Of a stretch of DNA of 64,000 nt, positions 34,745 through 48,400 are shown piece after piece. The position numbers and the translations under genes are program-made. Origin of the DNA: Macrostomum hystrix (lineage: Eukaryota; Animalia; Platyhelminthes); assembly GCA_950097015.1 (NCBI GenBank), contig CATNEN010000024.1:1798001-1862000 (forward strand), in the 5' to 3' direction. Each line of letters opens with the position of its first letter. Position 1 is the stretch's first letter. The notes under the pieces are model-generated. The model was not told the DNA's origin. It did not search any database and worked only from the letters and a program-made list of their open reading frames with translations.

Positions 34745-34855
34745 CACAGTACTGACAGGTACATCATAGTACTGACTGTTACATCACAGTACTGACAGGT
34801 ACATCACAGTACTGACAGGTACATCACAGTACTGACAGGTACATCACAGTACTGA
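34745..34855. repeat. 20-bp minisatellite (ACATCACAGTACTGACAGGT)
   Basis: About 5-6 units. Confidence 0.9.
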
Positions 34856-35272
34856 AGGACTGGCATTCAGGAGTGTAGTACGATTTTAATCATTGTGGGC
34901 TGGTCATGCTCAAATATTAGCGGAATCTCGAGCCCATCGACCAGACCAACGCCTGTGCTCAGAGCCTGATGAGGGCGAGTTTGAAGCGCCCTTTTGTCCA
35001 GCTCATATTTTCTGACTCAAAGTGCCAGCTCTACTGGAAAATTCGAAAGATGGAATTTCGGCCTGGCTTCATTCCTTTATTGAAGTCTCGCTTCCATTAT
35101 CGCACAAATGCTCAAAGCATTTGCAACTCATTTTCAGTTCAGAAGCACAAGCAGACTGGGAAATAAAGGCAATACTGGATGAAATCGTTGATTAGTAATT
35201 CAGATCAACACTGGCTTGAAAGTCCTTTTGCAGTGCTAGATCAATCTGTGCTGTCATGTAGTCTATTATTTC

Positions 35273-35690
35273 GGGGGTGTCGGTGGCGTAGCGGTTAACG
35301 CGTTTGCCTCTCGCACCAAGGTTCCTGAGCTCGATTTCGCGGCGAGGCCACATTTATTTGGGGCGCAGCCGCGGAGTGAAGTCTTGGGGGCTTGTCGTGC
35401 AATTTACGCCCTTTAGAGCCAGACTCCAAGGCACAGTGTGAGTGTACACTGCCTGGCAATGAGAAGATAAGAGCAGAAGTACACAGAACTACAGTGTGAG
35501 CGTATGCCTGCGTACAGTATGGCCAGAATTGGCAGGTTCGCAGCCGCGTAGAGAAGGCTTGGGGCCTCGTACTATTTACAAAATAAATTACTTTGTAAAG
35601 GTGATGGCGTGCCCAACTAACTTTGTAAGGGAGAGAGTGCATAACTGCCTAACGATTAGAAAGTCAGCGCAGATTATCGATTTTTGCCAA
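35273..35690 (+). mobile_element. Composite family-B SINE: head and body followed by a second, more diverged partial body
   Basis: Best-preserved head GGGGGTGTCGGTGGCGTAGCGGTTAACGCG..GCTCGATTTCG; body motif restarts at ~35543 (GCCGCGTAGAGAAGGCTTGGGG); HDV-like core absent. Confidence 0.75.
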
Positions 35691-36420
35691 ATATTACCAT
35701 TGTAGGGGGTGGGTGGGGCATGTGATGATACCATAGGGTAAAATGCGACAGAGGGTGAGATAACGAAGCACAGGGGATGTGAGACGGGCCAATCAAAAGA
35801 GGGTGAGAAGAGAGACAAAAAATGAAAAGCATGATGGCGAAGGATGAAAACAAGCGTAGGACTTCCTGATTGGTTTGATGCTGATAATAGCACAAAAAAA
35901 CCAAGTCACGAATGATGGTTCTTGCATTTTTGGAATGCCAAAACGACAACAAAGATGCTTAAAAGAAGTATTATATATTTGTCATCGGAAAATCTTAGTT
36001 ATGCGGAAAATTAGGAAACAGTAAAAAATTTCTTGTTAGCTTTAAATTCTATAAATCGGTGCTTTAAACAGTGAAATTATTTAATATTAGACATAGAAAA
36101 ATTCCGACTAAAAACGAGCGAAAAGGTTGCTAGGAATTAAATATAGGTTAATTAGCTGAGGCCTTAGATATTGGTAGCGCATCGGACTCATACTTACGAG
36201 CGTACTATATGGATTGGACTTAAAATTCCATTTCTTGGCGAGAAAATCCCGCATCGTCTACAAATTATTTACCAGTTTGATTGATCGATTGAAAATCTGT
36301 AGTAGTATCGATAGTAGAAGTATTAAAATAGTTCCACTAGAAGGTCTCTAGCCCGGCAGAATTCTATTCCGGAGATGCTTCTACGAGTAGGAACGCTAGC
36401 AGCCGCAGGGCCAGAGCCGG

Positions 36421-39400
36421 TCACATGTAGATCTTCCGCTTGGGCAGCGCTCTGTCATCCTCAACGCGGCCCTTCCACTGCGCGTTGGCTGTGCCAAGAA
36501 TGACCTCCATCTGCAGAATGCGCAGGTTCAGCTCCTCGAAGTCGTCGTCAACTTGTTCGCTGTCTGCTTTAGTCGATTGAACAGAACGAATAATAATAAT
36601 TTAACTTTGTGAAGAGATATCAGAAAGATAGAAATGAGACCTAATGGCAATCTTCCAAAGGCTGCGTACAACTGTTCAGTCCGTGGACTGGAGAATCCGT
36701 CAGCCCGACACCAATTTCAACCCCAGCTAAGAATCCAATTCTCGACTTCTCAGTCAGAAAACCAAGACTTCCATCGCTGAGCTGCATAATTTCTTCGTAC
36801 AAAGTACCTGTACTCAACATGCATCTGCACTGTTTAGTAATTTACCAGGGATTAATTACAAGTCATGCAGTGACGGAGCTTCAATTACTAGTACTAAACT
36901 CGTATTGAATCAGTGCTAATTATTATCGCCTCGAGCTCACATTCGCGGTAGTGAAAGTCGGCGTCCACGTGGCGCAGGTGGCCGTGCCTGGCCGAGCAGC
37001 CGAGCAGCCAGCGGACTCGGCGGGACACGTGCTCCACCAGCTCGAGCTTCTCCGGGTCCGAGTGCCAGTTCTGTCGGACGCAGCGGAACGAGTTGATCAT
37101 GATGGCCACGAACACGTTGACCATGGTGAGACACACGAACAACATGAAGGCGAAGAAAAACAGTTTGGCCAGACCGTCCCCTCCGTGCGAGAACAGATTC
37201 TTGAACTCCATGCTGTCTGCAGGTGAACAGGATTTGTAAACTGCATGCTGTCTGCAGGTGAACAGGATTTGTAAACTGCATGCTGTCTGCAGGTGAACAG
37301 GATTTGTAAACTACATGCTGTCTGCAGGTGAACTGGATTTGTAAACTGCATGCTGTCTGCAGGTGAACAGGATTTGTAAACTGCATGCTGTCTGCAGGTG
37401 AACTGGATTGGTAAACTGCATGCAGTCTGCAGGTGAACAGGATTTGTAAACTGCATGCTGTCTGCAGGTGAACTGGATTGGTAAACTGCATGCTGTCTGC
37501 AGGTGAACTGGATTGGTAAACTGCATGCTGTCTGCAGGTGAACAGGATTTGTAAACTGCATGCTGTCTGCAGGTGAACTGGATTGGTAAACTGCATGCTG
37601 TCTGCAGGTGAACTGGATTGGTAAACTGCATGCTGTCTGCTGGTGAACTGGATTGGCATGCTGTCTGCAGGTGAACAGGATTGGTAAACTGCATGCTGTC
37701 TGCAGGTGAACAGGATTTATAAACTGCATGCAGTCTGCAGGTGAACAGGATTTGTAAACTTGCTATTTCAAGCCTATCGACTTTGCCATTCGGTCTTCCC
37801 GCTAAAAAATTCTGTGATGTCTGGATCATACTTCAGTATTTAGCTAAAGCCCCTCCCGCGCCTCCTCACTGGTGGCCAGAATGCTGAGGGCCTCCACAGC
37901 CGTGGCGAAGCTGCGGAACTCGCGGACGGTGCCGTAGAACATTAGGTAGCCGGCCTGCACGAATGCCAGGAACAGCAGGCCGAACATCACTGCGAAGGTC
38001 AGCAGTGGCTTTGCGGCAGTCCTCAGCACCTCAACCAGCAGCACCATGCGGCGGCTGAAGCTCAGCACGCGCAGGAAGCGAACGGTGAAGATGAACACGA
38101 CCACACCGATGAACACCTGGTTGATCTGGGGATTAAAGTGATGAACAAATTCTCAATGAAAAACTGCAGTTAGAAGCATCTGGCATCTCACAGCATCTCA
38201 AGCGCATCTTGCTGCACAAACAAATGTAAAAAACACATTGCTGGATAATAGCTAGTTTTCTAATAGATCAGTACATCACCTGACACAGTTGTAAAGTACT
38301 TGGACATTTAAATATGAGAATTTGGTGCGTATCGTGGACTGGTCAATGTGTCACCGGGGGCAGACAGGTATGCGGACTAAAGATGCTGTCTCAGTTTGTC
38401 AGGCACAAGAGCACATAGTCATGAATAAGCAGCGTGCTAACAGGTACAAACGGCACAAACCTCTTCGTACAGCACCAGCCACTGGAAGTCGATGAACTTG
38501 ACGGGGTTGGCCTGCATGAAGCTGATTAGAGCCTGCTGTACTGCGATCTTCACCAGGTATAAAACCACCTCCGCTGTACAGAACAGCATCAGGCACAGGT
38601 CCAGATACTTGAATGAGCTCTGCAATCAGAATTCGGTGAAAGCTGCATTAAGTCAAGCATTTGAAAGAAGGTACATGCCAAATTTGACTATCGACTGTTA
38701 GAAACTAACTTTACTAAAGCAAACTGCAAACAAACTTTTGTCGAGAATGAGTTGAAATATTCAGAGCCCCTGACCTGAAAGTAGCCCCAGCGCTGACGAT
38801 ACAGAGACCGAAGTTCCTTGATGATGAAGGCGATCACCAGCAGGAGGGTGACGATGTCGAGCAGAGCGTAGAGCAGCGCCTCTGGTCCACCATATCGGTC
38901 CAGCCGCAAAGTGTGGACGCTTGGGTTTGCCACGAAGCCACCGCCTCGGAAAGCCTCGAACAGCACGCTGACGTAGGTGTACAAGTTGCTGCCCGGGTTG
39001 TACAGCAGAAGCTCCAAGAACAGGCCGCGCGTCTGCCGATCAAGCCAGTTCTGCGAGGACAAGTTTGCGATGACGCTGGCAGCGCTCAGGCGTGAGTCAC
39101 CAAGGTAGGCGCTGTAGCCGCCACCTGCGTAGGTGGCGAGCAGACCCGACAACGGAACGCCAAGAGACTCCAGGGCGCTTGTGTAGTTCCACTCCGGGTA
39201 GGCGGCATCCGCTGCGGTCGGTGATCGGATTGGGTGGCGTTTGATGTTCCGTACAGTGGGATGCGGGTTCGATTCCTGAACTAACAGATACAAAGGTTTT
39301 GCTTGCTGCACCTACCTGTTCCGTTGCGAAGCACCCAACCTGGCAGATATGAGCGCTCGTCATCTTCCAGCATATCGTAATCCTTTATGCAGCTCGGCAC

Positions 39401-42400
39401 CATATCCGCAAACACCTTGGGCGCGTGGCACGTGGCCTCAGGCTTCAAACGCAGCTGCCGCAGACGCGGCTGCCGCAACAAAAAGCCGGCAAAATCTGCG
39501 GCCAGCCCCGCAGTCAGCATTGCACAGGCCTTGCCGTTGTAACACTCCGAAGGGTAAAGCGTCAGAAGGACGGTGTTGTTCAGGTACTTCCAGAAGTCGG
39601 CGCTGATTTTTACCTGGTCAGCCGAGTAAATCTCATTTCTGTGCATCCTCGAAGTGGCCAGGTGACTCCCGTTGAGCAGCATGCCCTGCAAGCTGGAGTT
39701 CTGCAGGTAGGCTCTCTCGTCTAGGTTGGTGTAGGCCATCAGGACGATAATTATCAGAAAGATGAGATAGAAAGCTGCGTCCCTGAGCATGGCGTCCAGC
39801 TGCTTCTCTCTCAGTCTGGATCATGGAGTGAAAATCGGAAATAATATTTGCATGCTGCTATCGTATTGAAAACGAAAAGGAGCTAAAAATTCGTTTATGA
39901 TCAAGCTGAGTAACTGCAATATATACACTTGTACCTTCGAGCTAATCTACGCTCATAGCAATGTCCAATGCATCTTAAACGCAATGCCTCCTGAGCAGCA
40001 ATACCACTCACCTCTGCTTCCGCATTTGCTCTAGAATGTGCGGCTTTGGTGCAGCCGGAACTGCCAGTGACTTCAGGAATTGCCTCATCGCCTGCAGGTC
40101 TGTGACGTCTCGCAGCGGCACCACCTCATGGACCTTCGGCACGCCGCGCTCCTCCAGCTCCTGCATCATCTCGTCCTCGTCCTCGCTGACGCGGCCAAAG
40201 ATCAGAGCGTAGAACAGGATGGCCAAGACGATTTTGATTGGCTGGACCAGAAGCACGGACTCCAGCACCGTGACCGCCATGGCTGCAAGCCACTCGCATG
40301 TCTTTTTCTCTCCAAGGACGCCGCCGAACTCCACCATGAGGTAGACGCACACTGCGACACTGGCGAACGACAGAAAGTAGCCAACAAAGTGCGACCACCA
40401 AGGCAGCGGCCAGACAACGGAGATGACACGATTACAGCAACTGGACGACTGCTCAGGTTGTTCCACAGCCTCCTCTTGAGACTCGCTGAGCGTCAGTTCC
40501 TCCGTCTGCGGGAATGCCGCAGTCTCGGCCGCTGATCGAGCGGAAGCCGGCGTCAAAGGCTTCGTCGGATCGACTGGTGGCACGTCGGGCTTCCAGTAGT
40601 CGTCGCCTGCGTCGAATTCGATGTACATGGCCAGTAGCAGTTCACGTCTGAGGCTCTGCTGGCCCGCAGACTGCTCTCGCAGAGCTCTTGCAGTCGGTGC
40701 GGATGAGGCCGCGCTGCTCTTGACGCTGTGTCGAACCCTGCGGTGCTTAAACAGCACTATGATCAGCAGGTTTATCGGCAAAATGATCAGCGTTGACACC
40801 GTGGCAACGTAGAGGCTGTGTAGTGTGAGTCGTACAGGGCCGATCTCGACAATCCGAGGGCTCTCGACGTACTGACTCTGGTCATAGTACATCATGTTAG
40901 CCATCATTGTGCTCATGAGCAGCACCAAGCAGGCCGTGGCTCTTTGCACTCGTGTGAAGCGGCTTCGCACCGGCCTGGTCACCACTGACAGCCACAGGTG
41001 GCCGTCACGCATACCGGCGTGGGCCTTGCTCCAAAACACGACATTGAATGCGCGCAGCTCCTCTGGAGAGGCCACTGAGAACACGCGCTCTACCTGGAGG
41101 AAATATTTGGAACGGTGACAAATTGAATCATGGATCAAGGGAATTTCATCGACATCGACAACTCTACCCGCGTTTTCTCTACGAGTTCTCTACGTATTCT
41201 CTAAATGTCTGAATCGACGAGTTTCAGTTCCAAGCTAATTTCCCAACGCAAGAAGTAACAACAGCCCCTCCGCACCATGCCATCGTCCTCCACGCAGGAG
41301 AGCCACCTGTTGCACAGGAAGTGGTACTTGTCCCCGGTCTGCTGGTCCACAACCATGGCCCGGCTCAAGTACCAGCAGGGATCCGAGCCGCTGTTGTCGT
41401 GCCAGATCCTCAGGTGGGTGAGGCGTCCCAGACCATGCGGTGTGGTCATGTAGAAGGTGTCAACGCTGCCCTTTGACAGGACGGGTCGCAAGGGCGTGTT
41501 GAGCGGCCGTCGTCCGGACTCGCAGTTCTCGCCCGTCAGAATGAAGCAGACGTTCGCCGTGGTGCCGGCGCCTCTCTGGTTGCCCGTCCAGAATGTCAGC
41601 TCGTATCTGGACAATATCATAGCGACTTAATGCAATCTGCAGACAATCAATGTCAACAATCAAATAAGATAGACTACTTGAAGAGGTCCCATTGTATTCT
41701 CAAATTATATCGAGGGCTGGTGCATTAGACATTTTGAAAGGTGCTTTTATGAAAAATCGTCCAGAGTTACAGAAAAACATGCTCTACTGAGAATGAGCAG
41801 TGGCAATACCTGTACGGATCAGCTGGGTAGTTGTCGATGAGCGGCACAATGCCGACCTGGATGAGGTCACGCTCATCCTTGCGCCGAGCCCAGACCAGGA
41901 TGATCAGGTACAGGCAGACGACTGCGATGGCCAGCGCAAACGCGATGGGATTTGTGTCCAGCCGCAGCCAGCTCGAGTCAGCTGGGTCGAAATCGATCGG
42001 CGGCACGTAGAAGTTCGCCATGAAGGAGGTCAGGTGACGCGAGTAGCAGTGCAGCATGGTCGGAGTCGAGCACTGGCCCTCCTGAAGCGGTGGGTCACCG
42101 ATTTACTTATTTAAATCTATTAATTTCATTGGAGTATTCACAGAAGTCACTCTGTTTCGATCCAGCCCTGCGCTTGCTAGCCAACTCACATACAAGCCGG
42201 TTTTATCCAACTGAAACGCCTTCAGATTGACGTAGTTACATGCCGACAGGAAGTGGGACAGCTTCACTTCAGCTTGAATGTAGAGATTCTTTTTGATTTC
42301 CAGCTTCCCAGTCGGATTGCCGACGGACGTGTCGCTGAACTTCACTCTGCCGCTGGCGGGAATCCGCAGCATCCGAACCCCGAAGCGCCACTTCTGCCTT

Positions 42401-45400
42401 GCTTCACGCCTGTGAAATTTCCGATCATCTTCGAATTAGCATTGAGCCAATCAACTCTACTACAGAGTTACTTCTAAATTAAGAGGTGTTTGTTTTCTTA
42501 ACATCTCACAAAGCATGCTCGAGTTTATACGCAAGCCAACACTCAGCGCAAATCACAAGTGGACTGACGCGCGAGGCACTTACGAGCCGAGCGTGTCACT
42601 CGGGAAGAAGCAGGTCCACGGATCCGGTAGCAACTGCTCAGCACTTGAGCAGGAACCAAGACGAAAGCAGTGACCGGACATGCACTGACAGTGGGCCGTC
42701 TCCCAGCCAGCCTCAGACCTCAGTGACAGCCCAGAAGCTTCTCCTACGGACACGCAGTTGGTGAAGCGTCCATCAGCAGCTTTAGTGCAGTTGCACAGCC
42801 GCATTGTGTAGTTCGAGTCGATGGCTTGATCAACAGTCCGACTGGGCGGACCGCAGGCCACTCGGGGCCGGAGAGGGGGCAGCTGGCACAGGTGGTCATA
42901 GTTTTTCTCGGACGGTGTACCATCCTTCCGCAGGAAAATCAGAATCTCGAACGCGTCGGTTGGTACGCTGCTGCTGCTAGCGAGACTGCGGTAGTTGACG
43001 TAGCGCTCCGCCTTGACAAAGAGGGACGAGCCCTTACTGATCGTGATGACGTGCTTCCCCATGTTGTCCGACTTCGGTCCGGCCTGCAGGTAGACCTCGG
43101 TGAGTGCACTGGCGCTGACGTTGCGAAGCATCCGCATCTCCACCCAAGAATTGTCGTTCAGGTCTGTGACGTTGAACTCCTGCGAGTTCTCGTTCATCAT
43201 GCTCATCGAGTAGGAGTAGCTGGGACTCGCGTCACTTGGAGTGGCCAGTTGGTAAGCGTTCAGGTCGCTCTTGATCATCTGTCAAGGCGTGTCAGGACGG
43301 AAAATATTAATAAGCAAGTGTAGCGCGAACTGGCAATTTAGTGACTCATTCAGTTCGGATGCATAAATCTTCTTACTTGATAAATACTTTTGAATGCGTT
43401 ATGTAATAGGTGCACTAGATGTTTTTTTCTGCGCCGTTAAATTCATTCAATGTCGGTAGTTTAATCATTTAGTCAGAACTGTAATCAAGCCATTTCTAAT
43501 TAGTACTTATTTCATATTCTTATTTTCTCAGATTTTCTCGTACATTTTTAATTACTAGTGTGCTGTTGTCAGACAAAATCACACAAAGTGACATTTTTGC
43601 AAAGTCACTAGAGTGCATTCACTTTGTTCACGAAATCCTGTGCGCAAGTCTTGAAGACAATGTTCCGAAGCTGCTTAAAGTTTAGGCAAAAATTAAGCTA
43701 AGTGTCATACGCGGTCTCGAATTCTGCTTTTGCCTTTAGCAAGAGAGCATTCGTATCTTTTTCAATTATGTGTTCGTGAAAAAGCATCTAAGTCTGTGAG
43801 AATACTTAATACATACATTAACTAATACATCAACTCACCGTAGTCACAACCGTCTGAGAGGCCCGCATTCTTCCAGGATAGGTGGGATCCGGTTCTTGAA
43901 AAATAGTGTCGCCATTTCTGTACGAATTTTGTCCAAGTCGGAAGAAGCTACAGTCACTGCTGCTAGCGTCGCGAATAGCCATTTTTACTAAAAAAATCAA
44001 GTGGGTCAAAATCAAAACTTATAATGCAATTCTGAAATTTCCCAACTTTTCTTTGTCTCTTTTCTAAGAACACATAATGTGGAACAACTCAAGAGTTCAG
44101 CAAATCTAATCGTCGTAAATTTTTTAATTCTTGATTTAATTTTTTCTAGAAAGTGTATATATTATGTATATCTTATGTCTGTTGAGACATCGTATGTCTC
44201 AGAAGCGGACTCACAGTCTCCCATGTCTTTCGACTGGTTTCGTCGGACGTTCAACACCAGGGATTCGGCCTGCATCACTGTGTCACCCTCACGATTGACC
44301 ATCTTTTGAGCCACCGCCTTCCCACAGTCCTCGATCGACTTCATCACGTCAAGAGCGGATTGTGAGAGCTGCTTCTTTGTTTCTGTTGATGTTCCGTTGA
44401 AGGGATCTGAGACGCTGATCTCCTTCAGGTTGCTGACCGCCGGCTTCAAGATATTTCTGGCAACTCGCATGAAATTTATCGTAGCCGATTCCACACTGTC
44501 AAATGTGACCGTCTCCTCCTTGACTGCAGACTGAAGACCCTGGCTGATGAGTGAGAGGCCTTTTGACGTTCGATCGATTCCCTGAGGCGTAAGCTCCTTC
44601 TCCACTGCGGTTGCGTAGCTGTACATTGCCGTCGCCTGAATGATGTTGTTCAGCTGTGTTGCAGCTGGCACAGTATTTAGCATGTTCTCCACGGTAGTAG
44701 TGATGTAATCCACCAGCTTGTTGCGCAAGGTCACACGCTCAGTCAGAGTGAGACCATCAGAAGCTGTGATAACAGTGGCTGAACTGACTGTCGCCGTGAT
44801 GTTGCCAAAGCTCGCTGATGTCTCCAATGAGGCAGTACTGACAGTAGAGGCCCCAGTTGTTGCAGTAGTTGTCATTGTGCTAAAAGTACTCTTTTCAGCT
44901 AGACTCGAAGCCTCACTGATAGAGGTTGCCATGGTTGCGCTAGTTGTTGTGCCGGCAGATGTAGAAGTCGTTCCAGCTGAGGCTGAGTTGAGAACGGCCA
45001 GAATCGGAAGGACTGCACCAGTGAGTTGATTGACATTTCCAAGAGCGCTGGAGCTCTCAATCTCAGTGAGGTCATTGTTCAGTGCGCTCATCGATGGGAT
45101 GGTGTTTGGATGTACCGTCACAGACTGGAATGTGGCAAAGCTGGAGGCCTGACTGGAATCGGTCACGAGGATGCAAATGGACAGGCGGTAGCCAATGAAA
45201 GCGAGACCAGGTGGCAAGAGCTTCGTATCGGGTAGTCGGCACGCGGTCTCAGCTGGAATGGAGGAGTTGAGCGCTAAAGTAGCTGAAAACGAGACCAACG
45301 AGGGACTGATCTGACATACGACTCACTGGGAGCTTCAATGTTCATGGAAAACTCACAGATCGCGACTGGCGAGCACTCCTGCATGTTGCTAGGGCTGGGC

Positions 45401-48400
45401 AGCTGTGAGTAGCCGATGGTGTAAGTGAGGGGAGCGTCCGAGTCCGAGGCACCCGAGCACTCGATCTGGAATCTGTCTCGCAGTGCCATGCCCTGACTCG
45501 GCGTCACAGTCACCGTTAGCGAGGACACACTTGGTACGTCGTTGATTGCCAGGTAGACCATGCGGAAGCCGTAGTTCTCAGGTGTGTCACCGCGCCAGGA
45601 CTTGACACGCAGAATGTAGTAGCCACTGCCAGGCATGAAGAAGCCCTTGCAGGACAGCGAAATGCCAGACGACTCGATGCCTGGGAATTAAGGCCACAAT
45701 CGGAGTGAGTAGATGTGCACCATGGCTACTCATTAGGGCCATTTCAGTTCGTAATGCATTGCTTCTTACCCGTTTGTGTGTAGTCTCGACCGCCTGCGAA
45801 TGGGTAGGAAAGAACGTGTAATTTGTTAGGCCTTAGGTCATCCATTTTAGGACATTTTTCTAGCAGCAACCACTGGAAATAATTCTCAAAATCACAAGAC
45901 TGTGCAATTCGAAAACCAGCGTAAAATCTCTTTAAAACTTTTAGCACAGTGTAGACAATAAATTTTGCAATCGATCAGGGCCATCTAGTGGATCTAATTG
46001 ATCTACGTCTACGTATAATCCAGTTTTTATTTTCATTTAAATATAAGAGAGCAAAAAAGCTTCAAGGCTAAAGGACTATTAAGTTGAGAGATAAAAACAA
46101 ATGAGATTGATTGTCCTCTGCAACATCACTAGACCGAGAACTGAACCAATACATTGTATTGCTACCTGAAATACATTAGTTAACTAATCAATTTAGTCAG
46201 GAAGTCGCATTTACAAATGGAAACAAACCCCAAGACTAGCTTAGTAAATAAATGAAAAGAAGCAATATTATCTGTTTGATTTTGTGAAGGAAAGTCACTG
46301 AAATTGTTTGCAATCTGAAATAGCTAATCCTAATTCGTACCAACAATGTTCCATTGATTCAAGCCACCGGAAGTCTCAAGTCCGTCCAAGTATGCGGTGA
46401 TGTTCGCCATGCTGAGGTCCGTCGGGCAGGTGGCGAACGGCGTCTCAAGTCGAGACAACTGCCATCGGAAGTGATATCGAACACTGGGCACGTAGTTAGC
46501 AATGAGAGACTGGAACTTAAGGGGAATCTCCTGGTTCACAATTATTGTGTCTGAGGAGCACGAGTTGCCGAAGATTCGAGTCATGCAGTTGCTGACGCAC
46601 CTAACAGAATGAAGAGGAAGGCACATATAATTTTAGCAATGGAATATACATATATAATAAGCAGATAAAAGTAGATGTGCATCTGCTTCTTAATTAAAAA
46701 CATACGTTGCTATTACTTCACAATCCTTAACACGCATCACAACTCGCCACTAATCGATCAAATTGTAATGTTCTACCTCAACACCAATGAATTTCACGGA
46801 AACTATGGCTTATTGCTACTGTTTGTTTAAAGTACTTCAATGTAAAAAACTCACTGAACGCTCATTAATGGTGACGGCCCCTTTGTGAGGCTGAGCTGAA
46901 TCTGTGACATGACTGGAGGAACCTCTGGATGCGCCGCGTCTCGAACTACCATTAGCAGCACGTGGTCGTCAAGCTCGAACATGTAGTGCGTGTTGAGGCG
47001 CAGCACACCAGCGTCCATGTAGTAAAGATAGTTAAAAGTTCCTTTCATGCTGTCCGTGCGCCAGCTTGCAAACGCCGCGCTTTCGTAGATCGCCTGTATG
47101 CCTGGATCGTTGAATTGTGAGGCTGTCAGATTCACACGCCAACTGGACAAGTTCAGCGACTTCAGCTGGTGTACATAGGTGCTCCAGATGTTGGCCAGGA
47201 AGCAGCCGCGAAGGTAGCCTCCACTGGCTGCACTATCCGGACAGCCGCGGCCCTGCCAGTTGACATCGTACCGTAGGTTGGCATCCAGCATGACGCGCGA
47301 CTCGCATGCTCGGTAGCAGTAAAACTCGTACTTCAGGTCGCTGACCTCACCTCCCTCCACGAACAGGTTCGGGTTGGAGCTGCAGGTCGGATCCAAAGTC
47401 ACCGGATTGCCCCACATTGTCTGCACCAGGCTTCCCGCTCGGAACCACCTTTTCTGATCTTCGTCGTACACAGCAGTTTTCAGGCACGGCTGCAGGGCGC
47501 CAGTGATGACCTCGAATACCACCGATTCCTCCACCTTCAACAGTGGAAGGTCAGTCATGAATGCTTGTAGGGTCACACGGTAGGTTCGCATCGCCTGGAG
47601 GCTGAAAGCTGGCAGCTTCAAGCTGCGCAGGTGTAGGTTTTGGTTGTCGAACATTGTGCCATCTGTGTTGAAAGAGAACGTCTTGTTGCCCACCAGCTCG
47701 GGGAATTTATTGTAGAATGCAGTGAGCTCTTGTGCGTAGCTCCTCCACCTGTTCTGTGAGCTGTTGTAGATCTCGACGATCCAGTGAACTGTAACCCTTG
47801 TGCTGAAGCAGTTGATAACGAGGTTGCTCTCCAGCTGGATCGCTGTGTTTCGCATGTATCTGGTTGAAGTCCAGCGGGATAACTGAGACTTTGGGAAGAC
47901 GCAGCGGCCCTTGCCGATTACCATCAACCACTGAACCTCCAATCGAGATACTAGGTTGGCAGCAAAGAAGCTGACATTCTTAGAACCTTCCGCTGTCACT
48001 TTCTTGCTCAGGGTTCCCCTCTGAGTCGGAGTGTAGCCGAACAGAGAGAAATTGTACAGTCGGTTGTACAGATCAGTGAGATCAGACACCCAGACGCTGT
48101 TCGCTCCCATTTGGAAGAGACCGCTGGACTCACAAAAGGACCGATTGCCGAAAACGTGGTAGCTGATCGAGTCGCTGAGCGCTGAGCCCCAAGCAGTGAA
48201 GTCGATCTGGTAGCATGCATCAGTGCCGGGTGTACCCAGATCTACTGAAATCGGGTTCGTTGCATCGATTCCGTTGGACGCCTCAGCATTCAGCAAGATT
48301 CCAAATATGGACTTGTGCACCTTGATCTGCATCGTCACAAGCTTCCAACTGACGGCGTTCGATACATTCACAGAGATGGAGAAAGCTCCGGGTAGTACAT

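Noticed and set aside
34955-34990. CTGATGA followed by a GGGCG/CGCCC stem
   Set aside because: The stem is followed by TTTT rather than GAAA, so the hammerhead core is incomplete.
21319-36204. TACGAGCGTA recurring at 21319, 26564, 31317 and 36195
   Set aside because: With about a million possible 10-mers, a few fourfold recurrences are expected by chance, and the flanks do not align.
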